Shown here piece after piece: positions 1 to 15,394 of a stretch of DNA of 64,000 nt. Each line of letters opens with the position of its first letter. Position 1 is the stretch's first letter. Both the position numbers and the translations under genes were made by a program. Location: NCBI RefSeq assembly GCF_009914755.1, contig NC_060930.1; one strand, 5' to 3'. Origin of the DNA: the human T2T-CHM13v2.0 reference genome, Homo sapiens. Below the pieces are notes generated by a model. It was not told the DNA's origin and did not search any database. It saw only the letters and a list, made by a program, of their open reading frames with translations.

Positions 1-486
1 CTTTCAATTAAAAATTATTTATTTTCTTACTTAAAAACTTATATGTGATGTCCAGTATGTAAAGTTAGGAAAGATAAATTTAAAAAAAGGAACATAAGAA
101 CTAAAATCACCTGGTATTCTACCATTTAGAAATAGCAAATGTTCAATGTCTGATGAATTCTATGTAGTTTCTTTTTCTTTGCAAATATAAGTCTATCTAC
201 ATATTTTACAAATGTGGCATATAAAGTTATATTTTTAAAATTTGAATTTGTTTCTTATCTCATGGTTTTTAAATAAACAAACCATATTTTTGCTATTATA
301 AATAGTGCTACAATAAAAATTTTTGCATATGTCTCTTAGGTACATACAAGATCATCATTGTTATATCTTTTTAGTGGAATTATACTTTTATGTATTTATC
401 TCTTTTAATGAATTTTGCCTTAACTTGTATCTTATCTACAATTAACATTCTACCTGAACTTTCTCTTGGTTGGTTTATGTATATAA

Positions 487-657
487 TTTCAATAGCTTTG
501 TGGGTACAGGTGGTTTTTGGTCACATGGATGAATTTTATAGTGGTGAAGTCTGAGATTTTAGTGCACCTGTCATCCAAGTAGTGTAGATTGTATTCAGTA
601 TGTTGCTTTTCATCCCTCACCTCCTTCTCTCTTGCCCCTCTTCTTGGTCTCTAAAGT
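487..657 (-). mobile_element. L1PB-type LINE-1 3' end fragment
   Basis: ttcaatagctttgtgggtacaggtggtttttggtcacatggatgaa... matches the reverse complement of the L1PB 3' UTR. Confidence 0.7.
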
Positions 658-1009
658 TCTTGGCTAGTTTTTGCAAGACATAGTCTCTCCCTTAATTTTA
701 TGTTCAATCTCTGTGATTTATGTATGCATGTGTGTGAGTTTTCTAAGCATGTCTCTTGTCAGCATGATACTGCTGGGTTTTTTTTTTTTAAATTGAACCA
801 TGAAATCTGTTTATTTTAAAATAGATTTAATTCATTTTCATATATTGAAGCTAATGACTGTAATTAATGTTTAATGATTGGAATTATTTCTGCAACCTAT
901 TTTCTGTTTCTCATATATTTTTTTCTTTTGTTACTTGTCTACTTCTCTGCCTTGTTTCTCTGCCTTGTGTTGGATTTTTTTTTAGATTTCTCTATCGTTT
1001 TAGAAATTT

Positions 1010-1690
1010 CATTCAGTTCAATAATAATTTGGCACTTACTCTGTAACAGTCACTGCTCTAGATACTAAGAAGTCAATGGTGACCAGAGAAGATGCATATC
1101 TCTTCATGGAGTTTATATTCTAGCAAAGGGTAGTAATAGTAGCTAACCATCCTATGAGAATAAGCGCCAGACACTGCGCTAAGCATTTTATGTATATATA
1201 TTTTTTATATATTTATATATATTAACTAATTACCTCAGAACAGTCCTATGAGATATATATTATTGGTATGTCCACATTATAAAGAAAAAATAAGCCACAG
1301 AGAGATAAAATAATTGGCCTAAAGTCATATAGCCAGCAAATGAAAAGAACTAGAATTCAACCCAGACATTCTTGATCCAGTGTTCGTGTTTTTCCTCACC
1401 CCTGGCTAAATCAGGGCCATGTTTTATAAAGTATTGGACAAGACTGTTGGGAGGTTTTGGTGTGACATGTTATAGTATTAGATAACATGGTCAGAAAGAA
1501 CTCACTCAGAAGGTGATATATGAAAGAAACAAGTCATGCAGATATCTGGCGGAGGGAGGATTGCAGGTGGAAACAAGTACTAAGCCCTGTTGTGGTGGTT
1601 GCCAACAAGAAGTCCCTGTGCCTGCGGACAGCAAAGATTCAATGATAAAGGCAAACAAAAGGCTGGGTCACACAGACCCTTACAGTCGCA
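1010..1690 (-). mobile_element. Degenerate L2 fragments with an embedded MIR (~1133-1400)
   Basis: L2 3'-end-like and MIR-core-like motifs (ccagacactgcgctaagcatttta; cctaaagtcatatagccagc). Confidence 0.5.
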
Positions 1691-1701
1691 GAAAGAATTT
1701 C

Positions 1702-1842
1702 TGTTTTATTGGATCACAGCCACACCCTTCATTTATATTGTACATCTGGACAGTAGAATGGTTCCAATAGAGGCTATATGGCCGGCAAAGCCTAAAGTAT
1801 GTACTGTTTGACTCTTTACAGAAAGTGTGCCAAGCTTTGTTC
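1702..1842. mobile_element. MER58-like hAT-Charlie MITE fragment
   Basis: tatggccggcaaagcctaaagtatgtactgtttgactctttacagaaagtgtgcc resembles the MER58A terminus. Confidence 0.6.
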
Positions 1843-1899
1843 TACACCCAGAATGTTTGTTGACTGAATGAATAAAATAATTCAATTTTGATACTTTGT

Positions 1900-2140
1900 C
1901 ATATACATAGTGATATCATTATATACAACATAATGTATATTATATAATATTCATTGTATATTTGTTTTATGTACATTAAACATATATATGTAATACATAT
2001 GTATACATATCAATATATATGTAAACATAAGATGTATTACATGTATTTAAAAGTGTTATATAATATAAAAATAATATATATTTGTATAACTATGTATGAT
2101 ATATAACTATATATTATAGCACTATATAATACATGTATGT
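1900..2140. repeat. TA-rich low-complexity tract
   Basis: Degenerate (TA)n/(TATG)n sequence. Confidence 0.8.
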
Positions 2141-2162
2141 GTGTGCATGTCCATAACTTTTA

Positions 2163-2323
2163 TTATTATTATTTTTAGAAACAGGGTCTCTCTCTGTCAC
2201 CCAGGCTGGAGTGCAGTGGCATGATCATTCCTCATTGCAGCCTTAACTCCTAGGCTGACACGATCCTCCAACCTTAGCCTCCCTGGTAGCTGGGACTACA
2301 GGTGCAAGCCACTGTGCCTGACT
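2163..2323 (-). mobile_element. Free right Alu monomer (FRAM-like)
   Basis: A single Alu arm with a T-rich tail, flanked by near-identical direct repeats cataactttta (2152-2162) and cacaactttta (2324-2334). Confidence 0.8.
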
Positions 2324-3871
2324 CACAACTTTTATTTTTTTTCTCAATTAAACCCTAGAAAAAAACTGTGCCTTTTAATTTTTATTCTTTTTCCAAGTTA
2401 GCCTTGTGCTAAAGTATTCAATAAATATTCTAGTTGATAGAAATTATTTAAGTTATGTTAATTGTTAATCCATCTATTATAGCCTTTTGCTCCTGAACTG
2501 GATGCTTATATAAAATATCTAGAAGATAAGTTTGATAAAGAGTAAAATACGTAAAACAAATATAAATTAATAACTTATTGCAGGAACAGCTATTCACATG
2601 CAAGATAAGCATACAGTCTTTTGTGGATTGCAATTAGACAGTCTCAAACAGTTAATGAACTTCTTACAGTGTCTTATTAGCAGCAAACAGTTACATATAG
2701 GGAGCAGTCAGCTCAATGTATTATTGAATCAGAACTTTTTGCTTTAGATTTGTATGCTTTTTTTCCCACAGGGTTTTTGGTACACTGTAAAAGCTATGGA
2801 CATTGATGGATTAAAAAGCAATATAACCAATATTGCTTGAAACTATGTAGTCCCAAACTGCTTTCATTGATGCCACTTAAAATAGTGTAACTCTTATGTT
2901 CAATACTTTAAAATTTGCTCCATGGTGCTGATTTAGCCCAGTGGTTAGGAAAAACACAGATACTTGAGCAAGTAGAAAGAAAATATAGGCAGGGGAAGTA
3001 AAAATAAATTGAAGGCAGCTAAATCCACATGTGAAGGGCAGTGATGTGTGTTAAGTTGGTAAAAATGGCTTTGATAATGTGTTCTGAAGAGCAAAAATCT
3101 ATAGTAGAGTTATATTAGAGCTAGCTGTCTCTTCAATTATAATTTGTCACCAGCTGTGTGGAAATTTTAAAGTACCATAAACACTGCCTGACAAACACAA
3201 AATTAGAAATCTGCTGTATGTTACACAATGAACCCTATTTGTATTGGTGTCATTTATCCAATGACTTCACAAATCACATAAATGATATAGTTCATAAATG
3301 CACAAATCTTTCACAGGTGGACATGAAATACTCAATTTTTGTTTTATCAGATTAAATCTGCTCTAGCTTATTACATGGCACAGTGTTCATCTGATTCATA
3401 CTCCAAGGTCTCTTAAGAAAAAAGATGAAAGTTTAAATCACAATTTGCAGGGTGAAAGTTGCTAAACCAATTGCTTTTTTGAACTACAAATGATGATCTG
3501 CAGACCTCAAGTCTGCCACTACTTTTGCATATGCATACATGTATTTTTGGCTGACTTAGACCCAATGGTCTGGTCCAGTATCTACCATGGTAGCACATTT
3601 TTCCCTTTGCTTTTTTTTTTTTTATATACTTTAAGTTTTAGGGTACATGTGCACAACATGCCGGTTTGTTACATATGTATACATGTGCCATGTTGGTGTG
3701 CTGCACCCATTAACTCGTCATTTAACATTAGGTATGTCTCCTAATGCTATCCCTCCCCCTCCCCCCACCCCACAACAAGCCCCAGTGTGTGATGTTCCCC
3801 TTCCTGTGTCCATGTGTTCTCATCGTTCAATTCCCACCTATGAGTGAGAACATGCAGTGTTTGGTGTTTTG

Positions 3872-7698
<3,827 letters not shown>

Positions 7699-7761
7699 TA
7701 TGATGTTAGCTGGTTATTTTGCTCGTTAGTTGATGCAGTTTCTTCCTAGCCTCGATGGTCT

Positions 7762-8777
7762 TTACAATTTGGCATGTTTTTGCAGTGGCTGGTACTGGTT
7801 GTTCCTTTCCATGTTTAGTGCTTCCTTCAGGAGCTCTTTTAGGGCAGGCCTGGTGGTGACAAAATCTCCCAGCATTTGCTTGTCTGTAAAGTATTTTATT
7901 TCTCCTTCACTTATGAAGCTTAGTTTGGCTGGATATGAAATTCTGGGTTGAAAATTCTTTTCTTTAAGAATGTTGAATATTGGCCCCCACTCTCTTCTGG
8001 CTTGTAGAGTTTCTGCTGAGAGATCCGCTGTTAGTCTGATGGGCTTCCCTTTGTGGGTAACCCAACCTTTCTCTCTGGCTGCCCTTAACATTTTTTCCTT
8101 CATTTCAACTTTGGTGAATCTGACAATTATGTGTCTTGGAGTTGCTCTTCTTGAGGAGTATCTTTGTGGTGTTCTTTGTATTTCCTGAATCTGAATGTTG
8201 GCCTTCCTTGCTAGGTTGGGGAAGTTCTCCTGGATAATATCCTGCAGAGTGTTTTCCAACTTGGTTCCATTCTCCCCATCACTTTCAGGTACACCAATCA
8301 GACGTAGATTTGGTCTTTTCACATAGTCCCATATTTCTTGGAGGGTTTGTTTATTTCTTTTTATTCTTTTTTATCTAAACTTCTCTTCTGCTTCATTTCA
8401 TCCATTTGATCTTCCATCACTGATACCCTTTCTTCCAGTTGATCAAATCGGCTACTGAGGCTTGTGCATTCATCACGTAGTTCTCATGCTGTGTTTTGCA
8501 CCTCCATCAGGTCCTTTAAGGACTTCTCTGCATTGGCTATTCTAGTTAGCCATTCATCTAATCTTTTTTCAAGGTTTTTAACTTCTTTGCCGTGGTTTCG
8601 AACTTCTTCCTTTAGCTCGGAGTAGTTTGATCATCTGAAGCCTTCTTCTCTCAACTTGTCAAAGTCATTCTCTGTCCAGCTTTGTTCCATTGCTGGTGAG
8701 GAGCTGTGTTCCTTTGGAGGAGGAGAGGTGCTCTGATTTTTAGAATTTACAGTTTTTCTGCTCTGTTTTTTCACCAT
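7762..8777 (-). pseudogene. L1 ORF1p remnant (frameshifted)
   Basis: The C-terminal part (7762-8322) reads KRPNLRLIGVPE...REWGPIFNILKEKNFQPRISYPAKLSF. The start ATG at 8775-8777 is out of frame with it. Confidence 0.9.
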
Positions 8778-10239
8778 CTTTGTGGTTTTATCTACCTTTG
8801 GTCTTTGATGATGATGATGTACAGATGGGGTTTTGGTGTGGATGTCCTTTCTGTTTGTTAGTTTTCCTTCTAACAGTCAGGTCCCTCAGCTGCAGGTCTG
8901 TTGGAGTTTGCTGGAGGCCCACTCCAGACCCTGTTTGCCTGGCAATCGGCAGCAGAGGCTGCAGAACAGTGGATATTGGTGAACAGCAAATGTTGCTGCC
9001 TGATCGTTCCACTGGAAGTTTTGTCTCAGAGGAGTACCCGGCCGTGTAAGGTGTCAGTCTGCCCCTACTGGGGGGTCCGTCCCAGTGAGGCTACTCAGGG
9101 GTCAGGGACCCACTTGAGGAGGCAGTCTGTCCATTCTCAGATCTCAAGCTGCATGCTGGGAAAACCACTACTCTCTTCAAAGCTGTCAGACAGGGACATT
9201 TAAGTCTGCAGAGGTTTCTGCTCCCTTTTGTTTGGCTATGCTCTGCCCCCAGAGGTGGAGTTTACAGAGGCAGCAGGCCTCCTTGAGCTGAGGTGGGCTC
9301 CACCCAGTTCAAGCTTCCCAGCTGCTTTGTTTACCTACTCAAGCCTCAGCAATGGGGGGCGCCCCTCCCCAAGCCTCGCTGCCACCTTGCAGTTTGATCT
9401 CAGACTGCTGTGCTAGCAATGAGTGAGGCTCCATGGGCGTAGGACCCTCCGGGCCAGGTGCAGGATACAATCTCCTGGTGTGCCGTTTGCTAAGACTGTT
9501 GGAAAAGCGCAGTATTAGGGTGGGAGTGACCTGATTTTCCAGGTGCTGTCTGTCACCCCTTTCCATGGCAAGGAAAGGGAATTCCCTGACCCCTTGTGCT
9601 TCCAGGGTGAGGCGATGCCTCGCCCTGCTTTGGCTCACACTCGGTGGGCTGCACCCACTGTCCTGCACCCACAGTCCAACAATCCCCAGTGAGATGAACC
9701 TGGTACCTCGGTTGGAAATGCAGAAATCATTTGTCTTCTGCATCACCCAGGCTGGGAGCTGTATACTGTATCTGTTCCTATTCGGCCATCTTGGCTCCAC
9801 TCTCAGAAGTCCCCTTTGCTTTTATGTAAATACTACTGATCAAATATAGCTTGTGGAGTTTGGGAGAACATTGTTTCTGGTCTTAGACTTGCAACAAAAA
9901 CTGTCAGTTCTCGATCATATGTTCCCATACTCCAACTGTTATAACATAATAAACAACAGTTATTTCAAGCATATCCACTTAAAATTTCATAGAAAATTGG
10001 GGCTGGAGTAAGGGGGTGAACATAGAAAAGAAATTTGGACTAATCTTATTATTGGGAACAAAAGAGAAAAAAACATTTTTCTGCTAAAGGAATAGTACTC
10101 TTTCCTTTTGAGAGCTATGTGAAATTTATTTGCTTTTACCTTAGAAAATGAAAAAGAAGGAGTATGCCCCTTGATAAGTCTAAGGGTGTGTGCATAAAGA
10201 AATGCTGAGTCTCTGTATTCAGAGAAGGAAAAGAAACTA

Positions 10240-10420
10240 ATACCTATTTAGAACTGAATGTCTGTGACACTGTGGATAGAGGCTTTATAAACATTATCAC
10301 ATTAAATCATAGCTGAGTCCCTACAGATCAGAGAACTAAGCTTCAGAGATGTTAATGATATTCTCTAGTTCATCCCATATACTTTTGCTAGTAAGTATCA
10401 GAATATGTGATTTAAATTTG
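10240..10420 (-). mobile_element. MIR fragment
   Basis: MIR-core-like cagatcagagaactaagcttcagagatgttaatga. Confidence 0.45.
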
Positions 10421-12141
10421 TTCAATAAGGATTCACATTACCAGAAATCCAAAGCTAATAGTGGGCTTCAGCTTTGATTATTTCAAGAAACAAAACATGT
10501 CATCAAGAACTCAGTTTCTTTTGGTCTCTCTATGATGCCATTTACAGTTTTGTCTTCATCATAAGACCAGTTTCTTCATGACCCTACAATACCTTCCAAT
10601 CGCTTCATGCTTCTTTTTTCACATGGGGGAGATCATTGCTTCTGGAGGCTTTCTCAGAAGAGCAAGGCAGACTTTTCCAGAATGCTATAGGAAAAGCAAC
10701 ACTTTCCTTGAATTAAGTTGGCCTAAGCACAATCTCATTGCTGGCACAAAGGATGAAATGATCCTTTGAACAGTCAGATCTATCCCTGGAGCCGGTGGTG
10801 GAGTCAATTCCCTTGAGAATCAGAGGATGAAAGGGGTGGATGGATATATGAATAAAGCTCAGTTCTGCTAGAGTAAGATGGCAGTATAGGATGTCCTAAA
10901 ACCTCATTCGCCCCATTGAGACTGACTCAACAATATACATAAACTAATTCCCTTTGTGAGAAATTCAGAAATCAATTAAGAGGCTCCTGCACACCAGATG
11001 ATCATGACACCAGCTACATTGAAGCTGGTAGGAAAAGTGCATCACCCTTTCAATATAGTCTCCTATCCCCACCCTCAGGACAGCACAGTCCAGTTGGGAG
11101 GAAAGTTCCACCTTCCAGATATTTTTTCTGGGGAAGGAAAGAGAAAACTAGAACTAGAACATAGTCTAAAGTGTAGACATTTTGGTGGTCTTCCAGAGGG
11201 ATGATTTCTATCTTGCCTGAATCTAAGCACGGACAGGAAAGGGCATCAGTTTTGGGGCTACTGAGAATAAAGGCAATGGTTTGGGTTAGCTTGCATTAAC
11301 TTGCAATAGTCTCTCTCCCAGGCTCATCATGAAATGAGTAAAAGAAAACTGCCAACTCCTGGCTTCTCCCTTGGGAGTGAAAGAGTTGGAACATGTATCC
11401 AATATTCCATTTTTTTGATGGACTGCCTTGGGTACTGGTTTCTGTGTCACTTGTCTTGAAGCACTGAGGGGACCATCTGGCATATTTTAAATGCCTTGGG
11501 GCCACTGAAAACAGGAGAGTTTGGGTGGCATGCTCCTCCTCCAGATGACCTGTGTTACAGCAGACAGAGAGAGAGAGATACAGCTTGGTTCCCTCTCCCT
11601 CAAGGAGGTAAAGGGGGAAGAGAAGAGTGGAGTGTGCATCCAAAGTTCTGGTTTTACAGGAAACTTCCCAGAGGACTGACTTCTGTCTTGCCCTACTAAA
11701 AGCACTGATTAGACATGGCATAGTCTAGAAGAATAGAGGCTGCTGAGAACAAAGGAGAAACTGGGTGGCTTGTGGAAACCCCAGAGACTCTGCAGTACTG
11801 CAGACACCAGGGGGAGCAAGAGATTATGAGCTCCTGAAAAAATAATCCAGTAAAATCCCCTCATTGACAATTTACATGCACAGGTTCAGAGAGTAAGTAT
11901 CCACAGAAAACGTCTGAGAGGCTCCCAGAATCTTCAACCTGGTTGATTGGTAAAGGTCTTTCCCTGTACAGTCAGGTCATAAAGACTGAGAGAGGTGGCT
12001 GTATTTCCAAATGTGTGGATCTCAGCACAAAGTTAAAAAGCACATTAAACAACAACAAAAAAAAACAAAACAAAAACAGGGAAAACTGGCCCAATCAGGA
12101 AACAAAATAAATCTCTGGAAATGGACTCTGAAGATGCAAAG

Positions 12142-12491
12142 TGTATTATTCTATTTTCACACTGCTGTAAAGAATTACCTGAGACTGGGTAATTTATAAA
12201 GAAAAGAGTTTTAATTGACTCACAGTTCCTCATGGCTGGGGAGGCCTCAGAGAATTTACAAGCATGGCAGATGGCACAGGAGAAGCCGGCACTTTCTTCA
12301 CAAGGTTTCAGGAGTCAGGGCAGGGGATGGAATCACTGCACACTTTTAAACCATCAGATCTTGTGAGAACTCAGTCACTATGATGAGAACAGCATGGGGG
12401 AAATCACCCCCATGATCCCATCACCAGGTACCTCCCTCTACACATGGAGATTACAATTCAAGATAAGATTTGGGTGGTGATAACCATATCT
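12142..12491 (-). mobile_element. THE1D/MSTA-like MaLR solo LTR
   Basis: tgtatta...catatc termini, MaLR body, and 5-bp TSD caaag (12137-12141, 12492-12496). Confidence 0.88.
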
Positions 12492-15366
12492 CAAAGGGAT
12501 ATAAATTACCTCACAAAGAATTCAAATAACTTTCATAAAGATAATCAACAAGCTCAGGGAAATCATTTATGAACAAAATGAGAATATTAAAAAGAGATAA
12601 GAAATATAAAAAAGAATCAAATAAATTTTGGAGCTGAGGAATATAATAACTGAATTTAAAAAATTGGAAAAGTCAGCAAACTCAAGGAGAGATAATTTGA
12701 AATTATCTAGTCTGAAAACTATGGGACACTATCAAATTAACCAATACGTGTGTTACGGAAGTTCTAAAAAAAAAAAAGGAAGAGGAGAAAAAGAGTAAGA
12801 AAACTTACTTAAAGAAATAATAGCTGAAAAAATCCTAAATATGGGGAAAGAAATAGACTTCCAGTTTTAAGAAGCCCAACAGCCTCCAACTAAGATGAAT
12901 GCAAAGAATTCCACACCAAGACACATGATAATCAAATTGTCAAAAGTCAAAGACAAAGAACAAGAGAATTTTAAAAGCAGCAAGAGAGCAAAGAATGAGA
13001 GAATTTTAAAAGCAGCAAGAGAAAAGCAATTTGTCACATATGAGGAAACTCCCATAAGCCAGTTTGTTAGCAGAAACCACGTAGGACAGAAGGGGGTGGG
13101 ATGACATATTCAAGGTGCTGAAATTTAAAAATAAATTGCCAACAAAGAATACTATATCTGGCAAAAGTTTCCTTCAAAGATACAGAAAAAATACTTTCCT
13201 AGATAAATAAAAGCTGAGGAAGTTCATCATCACTAGACTTGCCTTGCAAGAAATTCTAAACAAAGTCTTTCAAGTTGAAATGAAAGGATGCTAGACAACA
13301 ACATAAAACATAAAAGTATAAAGCTTTCTGGCAAATATATAGACAAACACAGAATACTATAATACCATAATGATGGTACATAAGTCACTTTTAATTCTAG
13401 AATAAAAGTTAAAGGGCAAAAATATAAAATATAAGTACAACTATATAAATAGGTTAATGGACACACAATATTAAAATGTAATTTGTGACATCAATAACAT
13501 AAAATGTAAAGAGGATAAATAAAAGTAGAGTTTTGTATAAAATTAAAGTTGTTTTTATCAGCTTAAAATAAATTGTTACAATATATGGTATTCCCAAAGA
13601 ACATGCCTATAAAAGATATACAAAAGAAAATGAGAGAAGAGTCAAAGCATATCACTATAAAACATCCATGAAACACACAATAAAAAGAGTAAAAGAGGAA
13701 AAGAGGCACTAAAGAGCTACAAGATAAACAAAAGAAAATTAACAAAATGGCAATAGTGAGTTCTTTATCAGTAATAACTTTAAAAGTAAATGGATTAAAG
13801 TGCCCAGTGAAAAGACATAGGGTGGCCGAGTAGATTAAAACAACAAGATCCAAACATATGCTGTCTATAAGAAACTCACTTTAGATTTAAGGCAGGTATA
13901 GGCCGAAAGTTAAACAATGGAAAAAGGTATTTAATTCAAATGGCAACCAACTGAGGGCAGTAGTGGCCATACTGATATCCAACAAAATAGACTTTAAATC
14001 GAAAACTGTCACAAGAGACAAAGAAGGACTGTATATAGTAATTAAAGGGTTAATTCACCAGGAATGTATAACTGTTATGATTATGTATCCATCCAACATC
14101 AGAGTCCCCAAATATATGAAGTAAACATTGACAGAATTGTAGGGAAAAATAATAGTAGTAAAAGATTTCAATACTTCAGTTTCAATAGTGGGTAGAACAT
14201 CTATACAGAAGATCAATAAAAAATAAATAGAACTTTAACAATGTTACAGGCCAAATGGACATTTAACATGTAACATTTAACAATGTTACAGGTCATATAC
14301 AGAATGTTTCACCCAAAGGTAGTAGAATACACATTATTCTCAAGCACACATGAAACATTCTTCCATATAGCTCACATTAGGTTATAAAACATGTTTTAAA
14401 TTAAGAACATTGACATCATATCAAGTATCTTTTCTGACCACAGTGAAATAAAACTGGAAATCAGTAACAGAAGAAAAACTAGAAAATTTATAATTACATG
14501 AAAATTGAACAACACACTCTTGAACAATCAATAAGTCAAACACAAAATCAAAAGGCAAAGTAGAAAATATCTTGAGACAAAAAACCAAAACAAAACATAT
14601 AAAATATTGTGGGATTCAGCAAAAGCATTTCTAAAAGGAGAGCTTATACTAGTAAGTGCCTACATTTACAAAGTTTAAAGATCTTGAATAAACAACCTAA
14701 CTTTACATTTTGAGGAACAAGAAAAACAAACTAAGCCCAAAGTTAACAAAAGCAAAGAAATAAATAATAAAGATTAGATCAGTATAAATTAAAAAAAGAA
14801 AAACAACAAAACATCAGCAAAACTAAAAGTTGGTTTTTTGAAAATATCAACGAATTGAAAAAGCTTTAGTTTGATTAAGAGAAAAAGAAAACACAAATGA
14901 AATAAGAAATGAAACAGGGTAACTTGTTAGCTTGAAAGTAGGAAGAAAATTTAAAAAAAGAAACGAAAGAGGAGACAATACAACAGAAATAAAAAGGACT
15001 ACAATAAATTATGATGAACAATTATTTGTGATTGAATTAGGTAATCTAGAAGTGAATAAATTCCTCATACAGCTTACCAGAACTGAACACTGAAAAAATA
15101 GAAGATCTTAACAGACCTATAACTAGTAAGGGGATTGATCAGGAATCAAAAATATCACAACAAAGAAAAGCCCAGGGCCAGATGTATTTACAGACAAATT
15201 CTACTAAACATTTAAAAAATAACTATTGCCAATCCTCACACTATTAAAAAAAGTTTAAGAAGAGGGAAACCTTCATAATTTCTTTTATGTGGCTGGCATT
15301 AGCCAGATACCAAAGCTAGACAAAGACACTGCAAGAAAAGAAAACTATAGGAAATCAATAATTCAG

Positions 15367-15394
15367 TCAATCAATCAATCAATTAATCAATCAA
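15367..15394. repeat. (TCAA)n microsatellite
   Basis: tcaatcaatcaatcaattaatcaatcaa. Confidence 0.85.
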
